Shown in pieces: positions 37,408 to 46,607 of a stretch of DNA of 64,000 bases (positions within the stretch are counted from its first letter, which is position 1; every line of letters begins with the position of its first letter). The position numbers and the translations under genes were made by a program. This DNA is from an uncultured delta proteobacterium (lineage in GTDB: Bacteria > Desulfobacterota > Syntrophorhabdia > Syntrophorhabdales > WCHB1-27): positions 273,944 through 337,943 of the forward strand of contig CAVSOX010000018.1 of the NCBI GenBank assembly GCA_963729685.1, in the 5' to 3' direction. Below the pieces are notes generated by a model, which had not been told where the DNA came from, ran no database searches, and saw nothing but the letters and a program-made list of their open reading frames with translations.

Positions 37408-37530
37408 GGGACGAGTGCCGAGTGACGAGTGAAACGCTCTCATAGGTCCTATTCGACCTATAGGACCTATGAGAAAGCGAAACAGGGCCTTACGGACGCA
37501 GAGGAACGGGTTGCCCGCGCCCCTCGTCCC
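37402..37530. repeat. Heptamer-mosaic intergenic repeat, locus F (with perfect 14-bp AT-rich inverted repeat 37439-37473)
   Basis: GAGGTGA GGGACGA GTGCCGA GTGACGA GTGAAAC, then CTCATAGGTCCTAT-TCGACCT-ATAGGACCTATGAG, then a degenerate right arm ..CCCTCGTCCCTCGG. Confidence 0.85.
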
Positions 37531-37544
37531 TCGGTCAATTGCCT

Positions 37545-38099
37545 TTACGGCTGGCCTATAGGGAGCACGGTTTTTCCGTGGGACTCGTTGATTACCTCCG
37601 CCATGGCAAGGTACAGGGCGGCGGCGCCGCACGTGATGCCCTCCCATCCGGCGATTATCCCTATGGTAGCATTTCCGCTCCAGTCCCTGATGGCGAGGAG
37701 CCAGAAAAGCACGGTGAGGCTCAGAAAGACGTACTGGAGTACCCTATTCTTTCCCCATGTGCCGAACCACATGAAGAAGGTGAACACCCCCCACATGAAG
37801 AGGTACCAGCCCATAAACCCGACGGGAACCGCGGGGATGTCCTTAAAGACAAGGATAAAGACAAGGGTCCACCAGAAAAAGCCGTAGGAGATAAAGGCAG
37901 TCATACCGAAGGTATTGCCTTTCTTGAACTCCAGGATCCCTGCAATAACCTGGGCGATCCCCCCGTAGCACAACCCCATCGCGAAGATCATGGAGCCAAG
38001 GGGAAAGAACCCGGCATTGTGGATATTCAAGAGGACCGTCGTCATGCCGAAGCCTGCCAGCCCGAGAGGTGCTGGATTTCCTAATTTTTCCGCTTCCAT
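37545..38099 (-). CDS. satP: GPR1/FUN34/YaaH-family acetate/succinate channel
   Basis: 184 aa, 6 TM; NPAPLGLAGFG signature; ..YGGIAQVIAGILEFKKGNTFG. Confidence 0.88.
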   Translation of the reverse strand: MEAEKLGNPAPLGLAGFGMTTVLLNIHNAGFFPLGSMIFAMGLCYGGIAQVIAGILEFKKGNTFGMTAFISYGFFWWTLVFILVFKDIPAVPVGFMGWYLFMWGVFTFFMWFGTWGKNRVLQYVFLSLTVLFWLLAIRDWSGNATIGIIAGWEGITCGAAALYLAMAEVINESHGKTVLPIGQP

Positions 38100-38383
38100 T
38101 GTAATGATTGCCTCCCTTTATTATAGATTATGAAATTGGCAGGGTATCCCCCGCAAGCCATATTAGGGCAATCAAGATTCCAACGGAAGAATCGGTCCGT
38201 TCGGTCCGCGCGTTCATGTCGCATGCGGAACGGCCACATTCTTATTGTAAATGCTTGATTATCCCCCCCGAGCGCGAATATAGCACAGGAGAAAATGGTG
38301 TGTCAATTCTTTTGTGCATATTTTCTCATGCTCGGGAGGTTTTTTTGCGATCAGGGCTTCGGTCGGCCGCGGCGCCTCGAGCG

Positions 38384-38416
38384 CAAAAAAGGGGAGGCGG
38401 GCGCCTCCCCTTTTTT
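38384..38416 (-). terminator. Rho-independent (bidirectional-type) terminator
   Basis: A6-GGGGAGGC-GGGC-GCCTCCCC-T7, 30 nt past the stop of the 38447..38803 gene. Confidence 0.8.
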
Positions 38417-38446
38417 TGATCGGTTTTTCTCGCCTGGCGATTCGGG

Positions 38447-38803
38447 TTACATCCCTTTGTAGCCAATGGACGAAAGATAATGGATATGATTGACCGTCTT
38501 GTAGACTCCGGTCACCTCTGCACCAACCTTGAGGCCCTTTGCCTGGTTGTACTCCTGCATAAACTTGGCATAGTCATCCTGGAGGGTAAGCTCGCCCTTC
38601 GGGGTTTTCACGATGACGCAGTGACACATAGGGTCGTGGCTTACGACCGTACCGGAAAATTTCACGTCTTTTGCCTTGGCGAGCTGGCTATCGAATGCCG
38701 TCTTGCTCCACTCAGCCCCGCCGGCGCCTTCCTGAGCCATGGCCCGACCCACGAACATCAACACGAAGCACAATAAAGCGACTACCCACAAACTCTTTCT
38801 CAT
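38447..38803 (-). CDS. Hypothetical secreted protein
   Basis: GAGGAGGG SD then ATG 38803: MRKSLWVVALLCFVLMFVGRAMAQEG.. (signal peptide); 118 aa. Confidence 0.65.
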   Translation of the reverse strand: MRKSLWVVALLCFVLMFVGRAMAQEGAGGAEWSKTAFDSQLAKAKDVKFSGTVVSHDPMCHCVIVKTPKGELTLQDDYAKFMQEYNQAKGLKVGAEVTGVYKTVNHIHYLSSIGYKGM

Positions 38804-38957
38804 GTCTTCCCTCCTCATTAGATTTTTAAGAACCGGTGGCAATGGCGAATGCCCACGGACATAATATAACCCTCAGAAAAGGGGTTGACAAGGGTTCGCT
38901 GAAGTTTTGTGCAGAAATTTCGTATTCGTCGCCTGCCACCTCTTCGCTGCAAGAAGA

Positions 38958-39242
38958 TCAGAACGCGATGCCCAGCGCCGGCTTGAACACAACGGCCAGG
39001 GCAAGACCGACATCGGCTTTTTGCCACAGGCTCAAGCCGGTGACATCGACCTTCGCCAGTCTGAACAGGAATATGGCGATGCCCGACAAGGCCGAGCCGA
39101 TCAATACCCAGATAGGGACGGATACAAGACTGATGCCGAGACCGAGCCAGATACCGGAGGGCGTCGCCGCCCCGGCCATGCAGGTGTTGATAAACCAAAC
39201 CGTCGCACAGAGACCAATGAAAAGGTGTTTGTCGGAATACAT
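38958..39242 (-). CDS. Hypothetical small membrane protein
   Basis: AAGGAGGG SD then ATG 39242: MYSDKHLFIGLCATVWFINTCMAGAATPSGIWLGLGISLVSVPIWVLIGSALSGIAIFLF..; 94 aa. Confidence 0.6.
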   Translation of the reverse strand: MYSDKHLFIGLCATVWFINTCMAGAATPSGIWLGLGISLVSVPIWVLIGSALSGIAIFLFRLAKVDVTGLSLWQKADVGLALAVVFKPALGIAF

Positions 39243-39474
39243 CAGCTGCTCCCTCCTTATGTTGCTTTCACCGGTTGATTCGCCGAAGGCCTCTCGTTCC
39301 GGGGATCCCTGCGCACTTATCAAGACCCGGCAGCTTCATCGATCAGTAACAAGAATCGTGCCAGGCATCGATCAATTGACCGAAGCCTCCGAGCCTTTGT
39401 CCTGGCGTGTCTTTCTCGGAGTGGACGTGTTGCGACGATGCAGCGCCTTAGCCGGTTGGTTCTGAAAAAGAGGA

Positions 39475-40518
39475 CTATGTCCTGAAAACAGGACTATCGG
39501 TCGATATCGGGCGCCACATTACCTGCGGTCGGCCGCGCTCTTGGGTGATCTCCCGCCGCACCTTCGAGAGGGCTTCAAGCAGGATAAGGTGCCCGATGGT
39601 TTCTCCGAGGGCAAACCATTTCTGGGAGAGCGGAAAGAGGTCGAAGGAATCAGCGACAATGTCCCAGGTCATTTCGGAGGCCACCTGATAGGCGGTTTTC
39701 GGTCCGGTCTTCAGCACATGGAGGGCTTCCTCCGCCCTTTTTTCGTGGTGTATTTTCAGCTCCTCGATCCTTCCCCGCATATCATGGAAGACGGACCGGT
39801 GGCCGGGCAGGACGAGGGTCACGTCGAGGAGGGCCGTGCTCTCCAGGCTTTTCAGGTACTCCTGAAGAGGGTTCCAATTATCGAACCAGCCCTGGATGTT
39901 GGGCGTGATATCGGCAAGGATGTGGTCGCCAGAGATCAGCATGCGGTGTTCGGCGTCGTAGAGACAGGTATGGCCGAAACTGTGGCCGGGCGTCTCGACG
40001 CACCGGAAGGTATAGTTGCCTGCGCGTATGGTCTGCCCGTCATGGGTCTGCGTGAAGCGAAGGGGCAGTTGGGGGCCGTAAAGGTGAGCCGGATGACGAT
40101 CGAGGGCATCACGCAGCTCGTGCTCGGGAAAGCCGTGCAGGCGGCCGGACCTTTCGAGGTTCTCGAGGAACCCGCCGGCCAGAACACGGGAGGCGTCCGG
40201 CCCGTTCAGGTAGATCGCTGCCGTCTCCGCGGCGAGATCGGAGACGAGGCCGAGATGGTCGGCGTGAAAGTGGGTGATGAAGAAATCCGTATCGGGAAGA
40301 CTGATGGCTAAGCGCTCCAGCCCGGCCCGCATGACGTCCAGGCACTCCCTTCGCCTCATGCCCGTATCGATGATCAGATTGCGCCCCCGCCCCTTTATCA
40401 CATAAGAGTTGACGGCTTTCAGCGGGTTTCCCGGAAGGGGTATCTCAAGCCGGTAGATGTCTTTCATTACCTCTTCCGGGTTGCTCCGGGAGCGGTCCGA
40501 TTTCCTCTCACCATCCAT
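39475..40518 (-). CDS. MBL-fold metallo-hydrolase
   Basis: ..NSYVIKGRGRNLIIDTG.., FITHFHADHLG (HxHxDH), ..TPGHSFGH.., LPGHR. Start is either ATG 40518 or ATG 40467; the track start 40596 overlaps the upstream gene. Confidence 0.8.
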   Translation of the reverse strand: MDGERKSDRSRSNPEEVMKDIYRLEIPLPGNPLKAVNSYVIKGRGRNLIIDTGMRRRECLDVMRAGLERLAISLPDTDFFITHFHADHLGLVSDLAAETAAIYLNGPDASRVLAGGFLENLERSGRLHGFPEHELRDALDRHPAHLYGPQLPLRFTQTHDGQTIRAGNYTFRCVETPGHSFGHTCLYDAEHRMLISGDHILADITPNIQGWFDNWNPLQEYLKSLESTALLDVTLVLPGHRSVFHDMRGRIEELKIHHEKRAEEALHVLKTGPKTAYQVASEMTWDIVADSFDLFPLSQKWFALGETIGHLILLEALSKVRREITQERGRPQVMWRPISTDSPVFRT

Positions 40519-40552
40519 GAGTCTTCCCTTTGGTGCGGCCGGCCCGGAAGGT

Positions 40553-41089
40553 TTAGGGGGCGCTTCCCCCGTACCGGTTATACTGTATTTTTTCATAATC
40601 GAGCCCTTCCGCCGGCTTCGGGGCCTTGTGGTCCTGCCGGGCTATACCTATGCTTATCATGCAGTCCACCCTCAGCGCTTTCGGTATGTCGAGGGTTTCC
40701 CGCACGTACTCTTCGGCGGTCTTTTCCGCTGAATGAGGCCTGCTTCTGATCTGGATCCAGCAGCTTCCAAGCCCGAGGGAGTGGGCAGCGAGCTGCACGA
40801 CTATCGCGGCAATAGCGCAATCCTCGATCCACACATCCGATTTCTGCTCGTCCCCACAGATTACGATGCCGAGGGCGGCACCTTTCAGAAAATCGGAGCC
40901 TTGCGGCTTCGCCTGCGACAATCGCAGGAGCATATCCGGATTGTCGACCAATATGAACGTCCAGGGACGGATGTTGCGGGAAGAGGGGCACAGGAGCAAT
41001 GCCTCCTTCATCGACTCGAGGGTCTGCGGGTCGATGCGCCCTTTTTCATAGCTCCTGACGCTCCGCCTCGTTCGCAAGATATCGATCAT
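40553..41089 (-). CDS. Nitroreductase-family protein
   Basis: ACGGAGG SD then ATG 41089: MIDILRTRRSVRSYEK..PSSRNIRPWTFILV..; 178 aa. The track start 41308 translates repeat DNA. Confidence 0.85.
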   Translation of the reverse strand: MIDILRTRRSVRSYEKGRIDPQTLESMKEALLLCPSSRNIRPWTFILVDNPDMLLRLSQAKPQGSDFLKGAALGIVICGDEQKSDVWIEDCAIAAIVVQLAAHSLGLGSCWIQIRSRPHSAEKTAEEYVRETLDIPKALRVDCMISIGIARQDHKAPKPAEGLDYEKIQYNRYGGSAP

Positions 41090-41172
41090 GGCATGCCTCC
41101 GTAAGGAAATAGAATCGATCTGCCGGTCGGGACAGACTATCAAATAACACGTTCCCGACCGGAAGGCAAGCG

Positions 41173-41355
41173 GTGAAGAAGTGCCGTGTGAAGAAGTGCC
41201 GAGTGACGAGTGAAGAGCAGTGCCGAGTGGCGAGTGACGAAGTGATGAGTAAAGGAAATAGGTCTTATAGGTCAAATAGGACTTATAAGACCTATTAAAA
41301 GTTTCCAACTCTCCCCCTCTCTTTCCTTGTCTTCACTCGGCACTCGGCACTCCGC
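41173..41355. repeat. Heptamer-mosaic intergenic repeat, locus G (full-length, with 13-bp AT-rich inverted repeat 41257-41296)
   Basis: GTGAAGA A GTGCCGT GTGAAGA A GTGCCGA GTGACGA GTGAAGA GCA GTGCCGA GTGGCGA GTGACGA A GTGATGA, then AATAGGTCTTATA-14 nt-TATAAGACCTATT, then ..GTTTCCAACTCTCCCCCTCTCTTTCC.., then ..TTCACTCGGCACTCGGCAC. Confidence 0.9.
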
Positions 41356-41424
41356 ATCTTTACATTGTCCCGGCCGAACGATAAAATTAGGAGGCAAGGA
41401 TATCGCGCCGCAGGAGGCCGTGAC

Positions 41425-42465
41425 ATGGAGAAGATAAGGCTGGGCAGAACCGGATTGGTCGTGACGAGGCTGGGCTGGGGAGGCATCCCCATCCAGCGCG
41501 TGGAAGAGGCCGAGGCCGTTTCCGTGATCCGGGCGGTGGTCGACATGGGCGTGGACCTTCTGGATACCGCCCGCGCCTATACAAACAGCGAGCACCGGGT
41601 AGGGCTTGCCCTCGAAGGGGTGGACTCACCCGTCGTGCTTTCGACGAAATCGCAGGTGAGGACGGCGGGGATATACGACGACGTGCACGAGAGCTTGAGG
41701 CAGTTGAAAGTCAAAAAGATCGACATCTATCATCTGCACGGTGTTTTCACCATGGCCGACTATGAAAAGGTGATGGCCCCGGGAGGGGCCTACGAGGGGC
41801 TCAGCCGTGCGCGGGACGAAGGGTTGATCGACCATATCGGGCTTTCCAGCCACAGTCTCGACGTGCTCGTGAGGACCATCGAGGAAGGCCGCGTCGCCGT
41901 CATCATGGCATGCTATGGCTTCCTCGAACCCGATGCAGCCAGGATATTTCCCCTGGCACGGGCCAACGACATCGGCGTGCTGGCCATGAAGCCTTTTTCG
42001 GGCGGGGTGGTCGAACAAGCAGGTCCTGCCCTCCGGTATGTCTTCTCGACCGAGGGTATTGTGCCCATCCCGGGCTCGGAAACCCTCGAGAAAGCGCAGG
42101 AGAATTGGCGGGTCTTCACGGAGGGAGGCCCCCTCACAATAGCGGACAGGGAGTACATAGAGGCCCTACGGAAGGAGTTCGACCGTCGATTCTGCAGACG
42201 GTGCGATTACTGTCAACCCTGCACCGAACAGATCTCTATCCAGTTTGTGCTCGGGTTGAAGTCTACCATTAAACGGTTCGGCGCCCAGGTGCGGGAGCTG
42301 GGCTGGATGAAGGATATGATAGAAAAGGGCCGCAATTGCTCGGAATGCGGGGAATGCCTCCGGCGCTGTCCCTATCAACTGCCGATTCCCGACCTGATAA
42401 AGGAAAACCTTTCCCTCTATGACGATTTTATGAAGAGAGTGGTCAGTACCGGTGCTCCTCGATGA
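41425..42465 (+). CDS. Aldo/keto reductase with C-terminal Fe-S (Cys-rich) extension
   Basis: AGGAGG SD then ATG 41425: MEKIRLGRTGLVVTRLGWGG..LDTARAY..; C-terminus CRRCDYCQPC..CSECGECLRRCP. Confidence 0.85.
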   Translation: MEKIRLGRTGLVVTRLGWGGIPIQRVEEAEAVSVIRAVVDMGVDLLDTARAYTNSEHRVGLALEGVDSPVVLSTKSQVRTAGIYDDVHESLRQLKVKKIDIYHLHGVFTMADYEKVMAPGGAYEGLSRARDEGLIDHIGLSSHSLDVLVRTIEEGRVAVIMACYGFLEPDAARIFPLARANDIGVLAMKPFSGGVVEQAGPALRYVFSTEGIVPIPGSETLEKAQENWRVFTEGGPLTIADREYIEALRKEFDRRFCRRCDYCQPCTEQISIQFVLGLKSTIKRFGAQVRELGWMKDMIEKGRNCSECGECLRRCPYQLPIPDLIKENLSLYDDFMKRVVSTGAPR

Positions 42466-43157
42466 GGTGGATCAGCCAGCCGAGGAGGCCGGACAGGACA
42501 TAGACCGAGACGGAGAGCAGTATGACCCAGAACTTGAAGAGCAGAAGCAGGACGATGACCAGGACGATGAGCAATGACAGTCTGAAGCCCTGCAGGTTCT
42601 TCAGGATAAATGACTGGGGCTTCGAATAGCTGATGGTCGAGACCATGAGGAACCCGATGAGGCAAAAAAGAACGGCAAAGAGCGGCCTCGGGATGTGCCC
42701 GGGCGGAAAGCAGAGGATGCCGAGCCCCACCATGATCCCCGCGATAGGGGAGGGGAGGCCGACGAAGGAATGGGGTGAAGAGCTCGACATTGAACCGGGC
42801 AAGCCGGTAGGCCGCGCAGATGGGAAAGATGACGGCCATAAAGACGCCGAAGTCGACCGGATGTCCGGCCACGACGGCGGAGGTCCCGAAGAGGTAGGTC
42901 TTGTAGGCAAGATAACCGGGGGCAACCCCGAAGGCGACGCAGTCCGCCAGGGAGTCGAGTTCTTTTCCGATCGCGCTCTCGACGCCGAGCCGGCGGGCAA
43001 CCTGGCCGTCGACCCCGTCGAACAATGCCGCGAGCAGGATCAGCCACGAGGCCACACCATAGCCCTCGAAGGAGGTGGTGCTCGCAAAAATAAGGGAGAC
43101 GAACCCGCAGGTGAGATTGCCGAGGGTGAGGACGTTCGGCAGCCAGGAGATGTTCAT
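42443..43157 (-). CDS. pssA: CDP-alcohol phosphatidyltransferase (phosphatidylserine synthase-like), apparent frameshift near 42788-42792
   Basis: ATG 43157: MNISWLPNVLTLGNL..DGVDGQVARRLGVESAIGKELDSLAD (DGx2ARx8Gx3Dx3D) ..YRLARFN. After the frame change it continues SFVGLPSPIAGIMVG.. to the stop at 42443. Confidence 0.8.
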
Positions 43158-43264
43158 AGAGAGATTATACACCAGCGCCGTGACAGGCGACAAATATTAC
43201 TGCCAAAGGCCGGACAGCCCGTGCCGCCGCCGCTTCTTTTCCTCCTTCATCCGGACCCCGATGT

Positions 43265-43843
43265 TCAGCGTGAAGTGACGGGGGTCGTGGACCCGTACTT
43301 CTGGGCGAACCACCCCGTGCCCGAGTTGCGATACTGCTGCATATCGCTTTCATAGATCGCTATCTCCCTGTCCAGGAGTCGCTCGAGAGCGGGGAGATTG
43401 ATCCGATTGGTGCGCCACATGGCCCGCACTTCACGCACGTTCTGGGGACCGTATTCCCTCTCATAGGCATCGATATACGCGTGGAGGGCGTCGAGCCCTT
43501 CCTTTTCTCTGCCCTGCCTCAGCAGGATAAGGGCCTTGTATCCCAGTATGCGAATATACGCGTCGCTGTGGTTGTCCCGCTTCGCCGCCTCCCCGATCGA
43601 CTCTGAGGCGGCCTGGAGGTCGTTCAGCTTGTAGCTTGCCGTTGCCGCCAGGGCGTAGGAGGCGGGCTCGGCCGGCTGGGCTTTGGCCGCCCCGATGAAA
43701 CTCTCACGGGCCTGGAGGTACTCACCCGAGTCGAGCAAGGTTTTCCCCGTCGACAGATCAGAGCGATACGTCTGGTACGCGGTCGAGCAGCCGAGGAGCG
43801 CTGCCCCACCCATCACGAGAACCAGCCAGCAAATCTTTTTCAT
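43265..43843 (-). CDS. TPR-like lipoprotein (hypothetical)
   Basis: GGAGG SD then ATG 43843: MKKICWLVLVMGGAALLGC (lipobox); helical repeat-like body. Confidence 0.65.
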   Translation of the reverse strand: MKKICWLVLVMGGAALLGCSTAYQTYRSDLSTGKTLLDSGEYLQARESFIGAAKAQPAEPASYALAATASYKLNDLQAASESIGEAAKRDNHSDAYIRILGYKALILLRQGREKEGLDALHAYIDAYEREYGPQNVREVRAMWRTNRINLPALERLLDREIAIYESDMQQYRNSGTGWFAQKYGSTTPVTSR

Positions 43844-44065
43844 GTGAAACACCTCCGGTTATTTCTTCAGGCAGACAAGGTCCGCCGGACACGAACGGAC
43901 CGGCGCCTCTTTCAGGTCGAATCAAACGATAGCTCAACGACGCGATGGATATCAAGGCTTATTTTGGATAAGTTCGGTCTTCCCTGTTCTTATCGACGTG
44001 AACGATGGACGAGTGAACAGCCGTTCTTCGTCCTGGCGAAGCGATCTCCCATCTCCCCTCAGTCG

Positions 44066-45062
44066 TTACCCGTACCCCTCCTCCTCTCCCGCTTTTCCCC
44101 TGAAGACCCAATAGCTGTAGGCCGTGTACGCGAGGACCACCGGGAGGACGATGAGGGCGCCCCAGAGGGTGAACAGGAGGGTCTCCTCCCTTGCGGCGGC
44201 TTGCGCTATCGTGATGGACGGTGGAATGGCGTAGGGGTAGAGGGAGGCGGCCAGGCCGAGGTAGCCCGAGAGGAAGAGCACAATGGCCCATATCAGGGGT
44301 GAGTGCTCATGCCGGCTTCGCACGCCCGACACCAGCCTGTACGCCGCAAACAACCCCAGGAGGGGGAAGGTCCAGACGAAGTAGACGCGGGGCGAGCCGA
44401 GCCAGGCGTTGAGGACCTGGGGGTAGTGGTAGGGCGTCCAGACGGTGACGAGCAGCCATGAAGCCGAGGACGATGAGGGCCGATACGCAGGCGAGGGAGT
44501 ACGCCTTCTCCTGGACGGCCCCCGTGGTCTTGATGATGAGGTACGTCGACGCGAGCATGATATAGCCGGGGATGAGAGCGACCCCGACCATCACGGAGAA
44601 GGGGTTGAGCCAGTCGAAGGGGCCGCCCGCAAAAAGGCGCCCCGAGACCGTGATCCCCGTGAGGAGGCCTCCCAGGGTGAGCCCCTGGCTCACGCAGGCT
44701 GTGATGCTGCCGAGAAAGAACGCGAGGTCCCACGCCCTCCTTCTTTCGCCTCCACCCCTGAATTCGAAGGCGACGCCCCGGAATATGAGACCCATGATGA
44801 ACGTGATCAGGGGAAGGTAGAGGGCGCTGGAAAGCACGGTGTAGACCACGGGGAAGGCCGCGAAGATGGCGCCGCCGCCGAAGAGGAGCCATGTCTGGTT
44901 GGCGTCCCAGACAGGTGCGATAGTCGCAACGAGGAGGGAGCGGTCCTTCTCGCCTGAGACGGCGCCGAAGAGGATGCCGATGCCGAGGGTGATGCCGTCC
45001 AGCACGACGTAGAGGATCATGGCGAGGGCCACGAGGCAGGCCCACACGTCGATCAAGACCAT
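44066..45062 (-). CDS. cydB: Cytochrome bd ubiquinol oxidase subunit II, apparent frameshift near 44455
   Basis: ATG 45062: MVLIDVWACLVALAMILYVVLDGITLGIG..PVWDANQTWL... The C-terminal third (..SWLLVTVWTPYHYPQVLNAW..YSYWVFRGK) lies in the frame of track ORF 44066..44353. Confidence 0.85.
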
Positions 45063-45078
45063 TGTCACGCCCCCACTC

Positions 45079-46440
45079 TCATTCCTGGCACGTTCTCTGG
45101 ACGGGAGGGATCGGGCTCTCCATGTCGGGGCCTTGCCCGAAGGCCCTGAGCACATAGTAGAGGTAGCTCCCCCCGATGGCCAGGAAGATGACGATAAAGA
45201 GGGCCAGGGACCAGACGACATTGCCTGCCCTGATGGGCGACACCCCGCTTGATGTGGCCATCATGCCGTAGACCAGCCAGGGCTGGCGGCCCACCTCGGC
45301 GGTGACCCAGCCCAATTCGACCGCGAGCCACCCGAGGGGCTGGATGACGACGAGGGTCCGCAAGAAGGCAGTCGCCTCAAAGATCCTGCCCTTCCTCCAA
45401 AGGACGAGGGCCCAGATCATGATAAAGAGGAACAGAAAGCCTATGCCTACCATGAGGCGGAAGGTCGTGAAAAGTGCGATGACGCTCGGCCGCTCCCATC
45501 TCGGGAACTCTTTTAGCCCGGGCACGCGGCCCGAGTGGGTGTGGGTCACGAGCAGGCTGAGGCCGTCGGGCACGGTGATGGCAAACGTGTTCTTTTCCGC
45601 GTCCATATCGGGGATGGCGATCAGGGAGAAGGGCGCGCCTCCGCTGGTATTCGTCTCCCAGTGGCTCTCCATGGCGGCGAGCTTCAGGGGCTGCCGGGCA
45701 AAGACCTCCCTGCCGCTCACATCGCCCAGATAGACCTGCAAGGGGGCGAAGAGGGCGGCGCAAGTGAGCGCCACGGCCATGGAGCGGCGAAAGAACGGGA
45801 CGCTCCGCTGTTTGAGCAGAAAGAGCGCCGAGGTGCCGGCAACGGCAAAGGCCGCCGTCTCGAAAGAGGCCACCGTCATGTGGCCGAACCGGGTGAGGGT
45901 CGACGGATTGAAGATGACGGCGCTGAACGCGGTCGCAGCAAACTCTCCGTCCACGATGCGGAAGCCCGCCGGCGTCTGCATCCAGGAATTGGCCGCCACG
46001 ATCCAGAGGGCAGATAAGACGGAGCCGCCCGCGACGAGACAGGTGGCCAGGAAGTGGATGGAGCGGCGCACCCGCATCCAGCCGAAGAGCATGATCCCCA
46101 GGAAGCCCCCCTCCAGGAAGAAGGCCGTGAGCACCTCCAGGTAGAGGAGCGGCGCGAAGACGTTGGCCCCTGCCAGCGAGAAACGCGCCCAGTTCGTGCC
46201 GAACTCGAACTCCATCACGACGCCGCTCACGACGCCGACCCCGAAATTGATGGCGAATACCTTGCCCCAGAACCGGCACATCCGGTAGTAGACCTCTTGC
46301 CCCGTGACAAGCCAGAGGGTCTCCGCGATGACGAGATAGAGGCCGAGGCCGATCGTCGCCGTGGGGAAGATGATGTGGAACATGATGGTCACGGCGAACT
46401 GAATGCGCGACAGAAAGACGGCGTCGGATAAGAAGTCCAT
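45079..46440 (-). CDS. cydA: Cytochrome bd ubiquinol oxidase subunit I
   Basis: 453 aa; MDFLSDAVFLSRIQFAVTIMFHIIFP..GVVMEFEFGTNW..; followed 16 nt later by cydB. Confidence 0.95.
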   Translation of the reverse strand: MDFLSDAVFLSRIQFAVTIMFHIIFPTATIGLGLYLVIAETLWLVTGQEVYYRMCRFWGKVFAINFGVGVVSGVVMEFEFGTNWARFSLAGANVFAPLLYLEVLTAFFLEGGFLGIMLFGWMRVRRSIHFLATCLVAGGSVLSALWIVAANSWMQTPAGFRIVDGEFAATAFSAVIFNPSTLTRFGHMTVASFETAAFAVAGTSALFLLKQRSVPFFRRSMAVALTCAALFAPLQVYLGDVSGREVFARQPLKLAAMESHWETNTSGGAPFSLIAIPDMDAEKNTFAITVPDGLSLLVTHTHSGRVPGLKEFPRWERPSVIALFTTFRLMVGIGFLFLFIMIWALVLWRKGRIFEATAFLRTLVVIQPLGWLAVELGWVTAEVGRQPWLVYGMMATSSGVSPIRAGNVVWSLALFIVIFLAIGGSYLYYVLRAFGQGPDMESPIPPVQRTCQE

Positions 46441-46536
46441 AGGGGTTTATGGGAAGAATGTGTACCCTGAAGGGGGTGAAGTCAAGGAGTGCGACTCAGC
46501 CGGCTTTAAGCTCGACGTGCCGTCTTTTCAGAGGGG

Positions 46537-46585
46537 CGCGCAAACCGGGCGGATTGCCGGCATCGGAATCCGCCCGGTTTGCGCG
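46537..46585 (-). terminator. Perfect 19-bp hairpin between the dehydratase 3' end and the cydA 5' region (possible terminator/insulator, no U-tract)
   Basis: CGCGCAAACCGGGCGGATT-11 nt-AATCCGCCCGGTTTGCGCG. Confidence 0.4.
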
Positions 46586-46607
46586 TTCGAAGAATTCCGG
46601 CTTCCCG

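Noticed and set aside
38100-38384. A 280-nt leader upstream of satP as a possible riboswitch
   Set aside because: I could not match any riboswitch consensus or a convincing conserved fold by eye. It is left unannotated.
45377-46279. 300-aa minus-strand ORF in an alternative frame, and plus-strand ORFs across cydA
   Set aside because: The cydA frame (45079..46440) has unmistakable CydA sequence. The overlapping frames are GC-driven artefacts.
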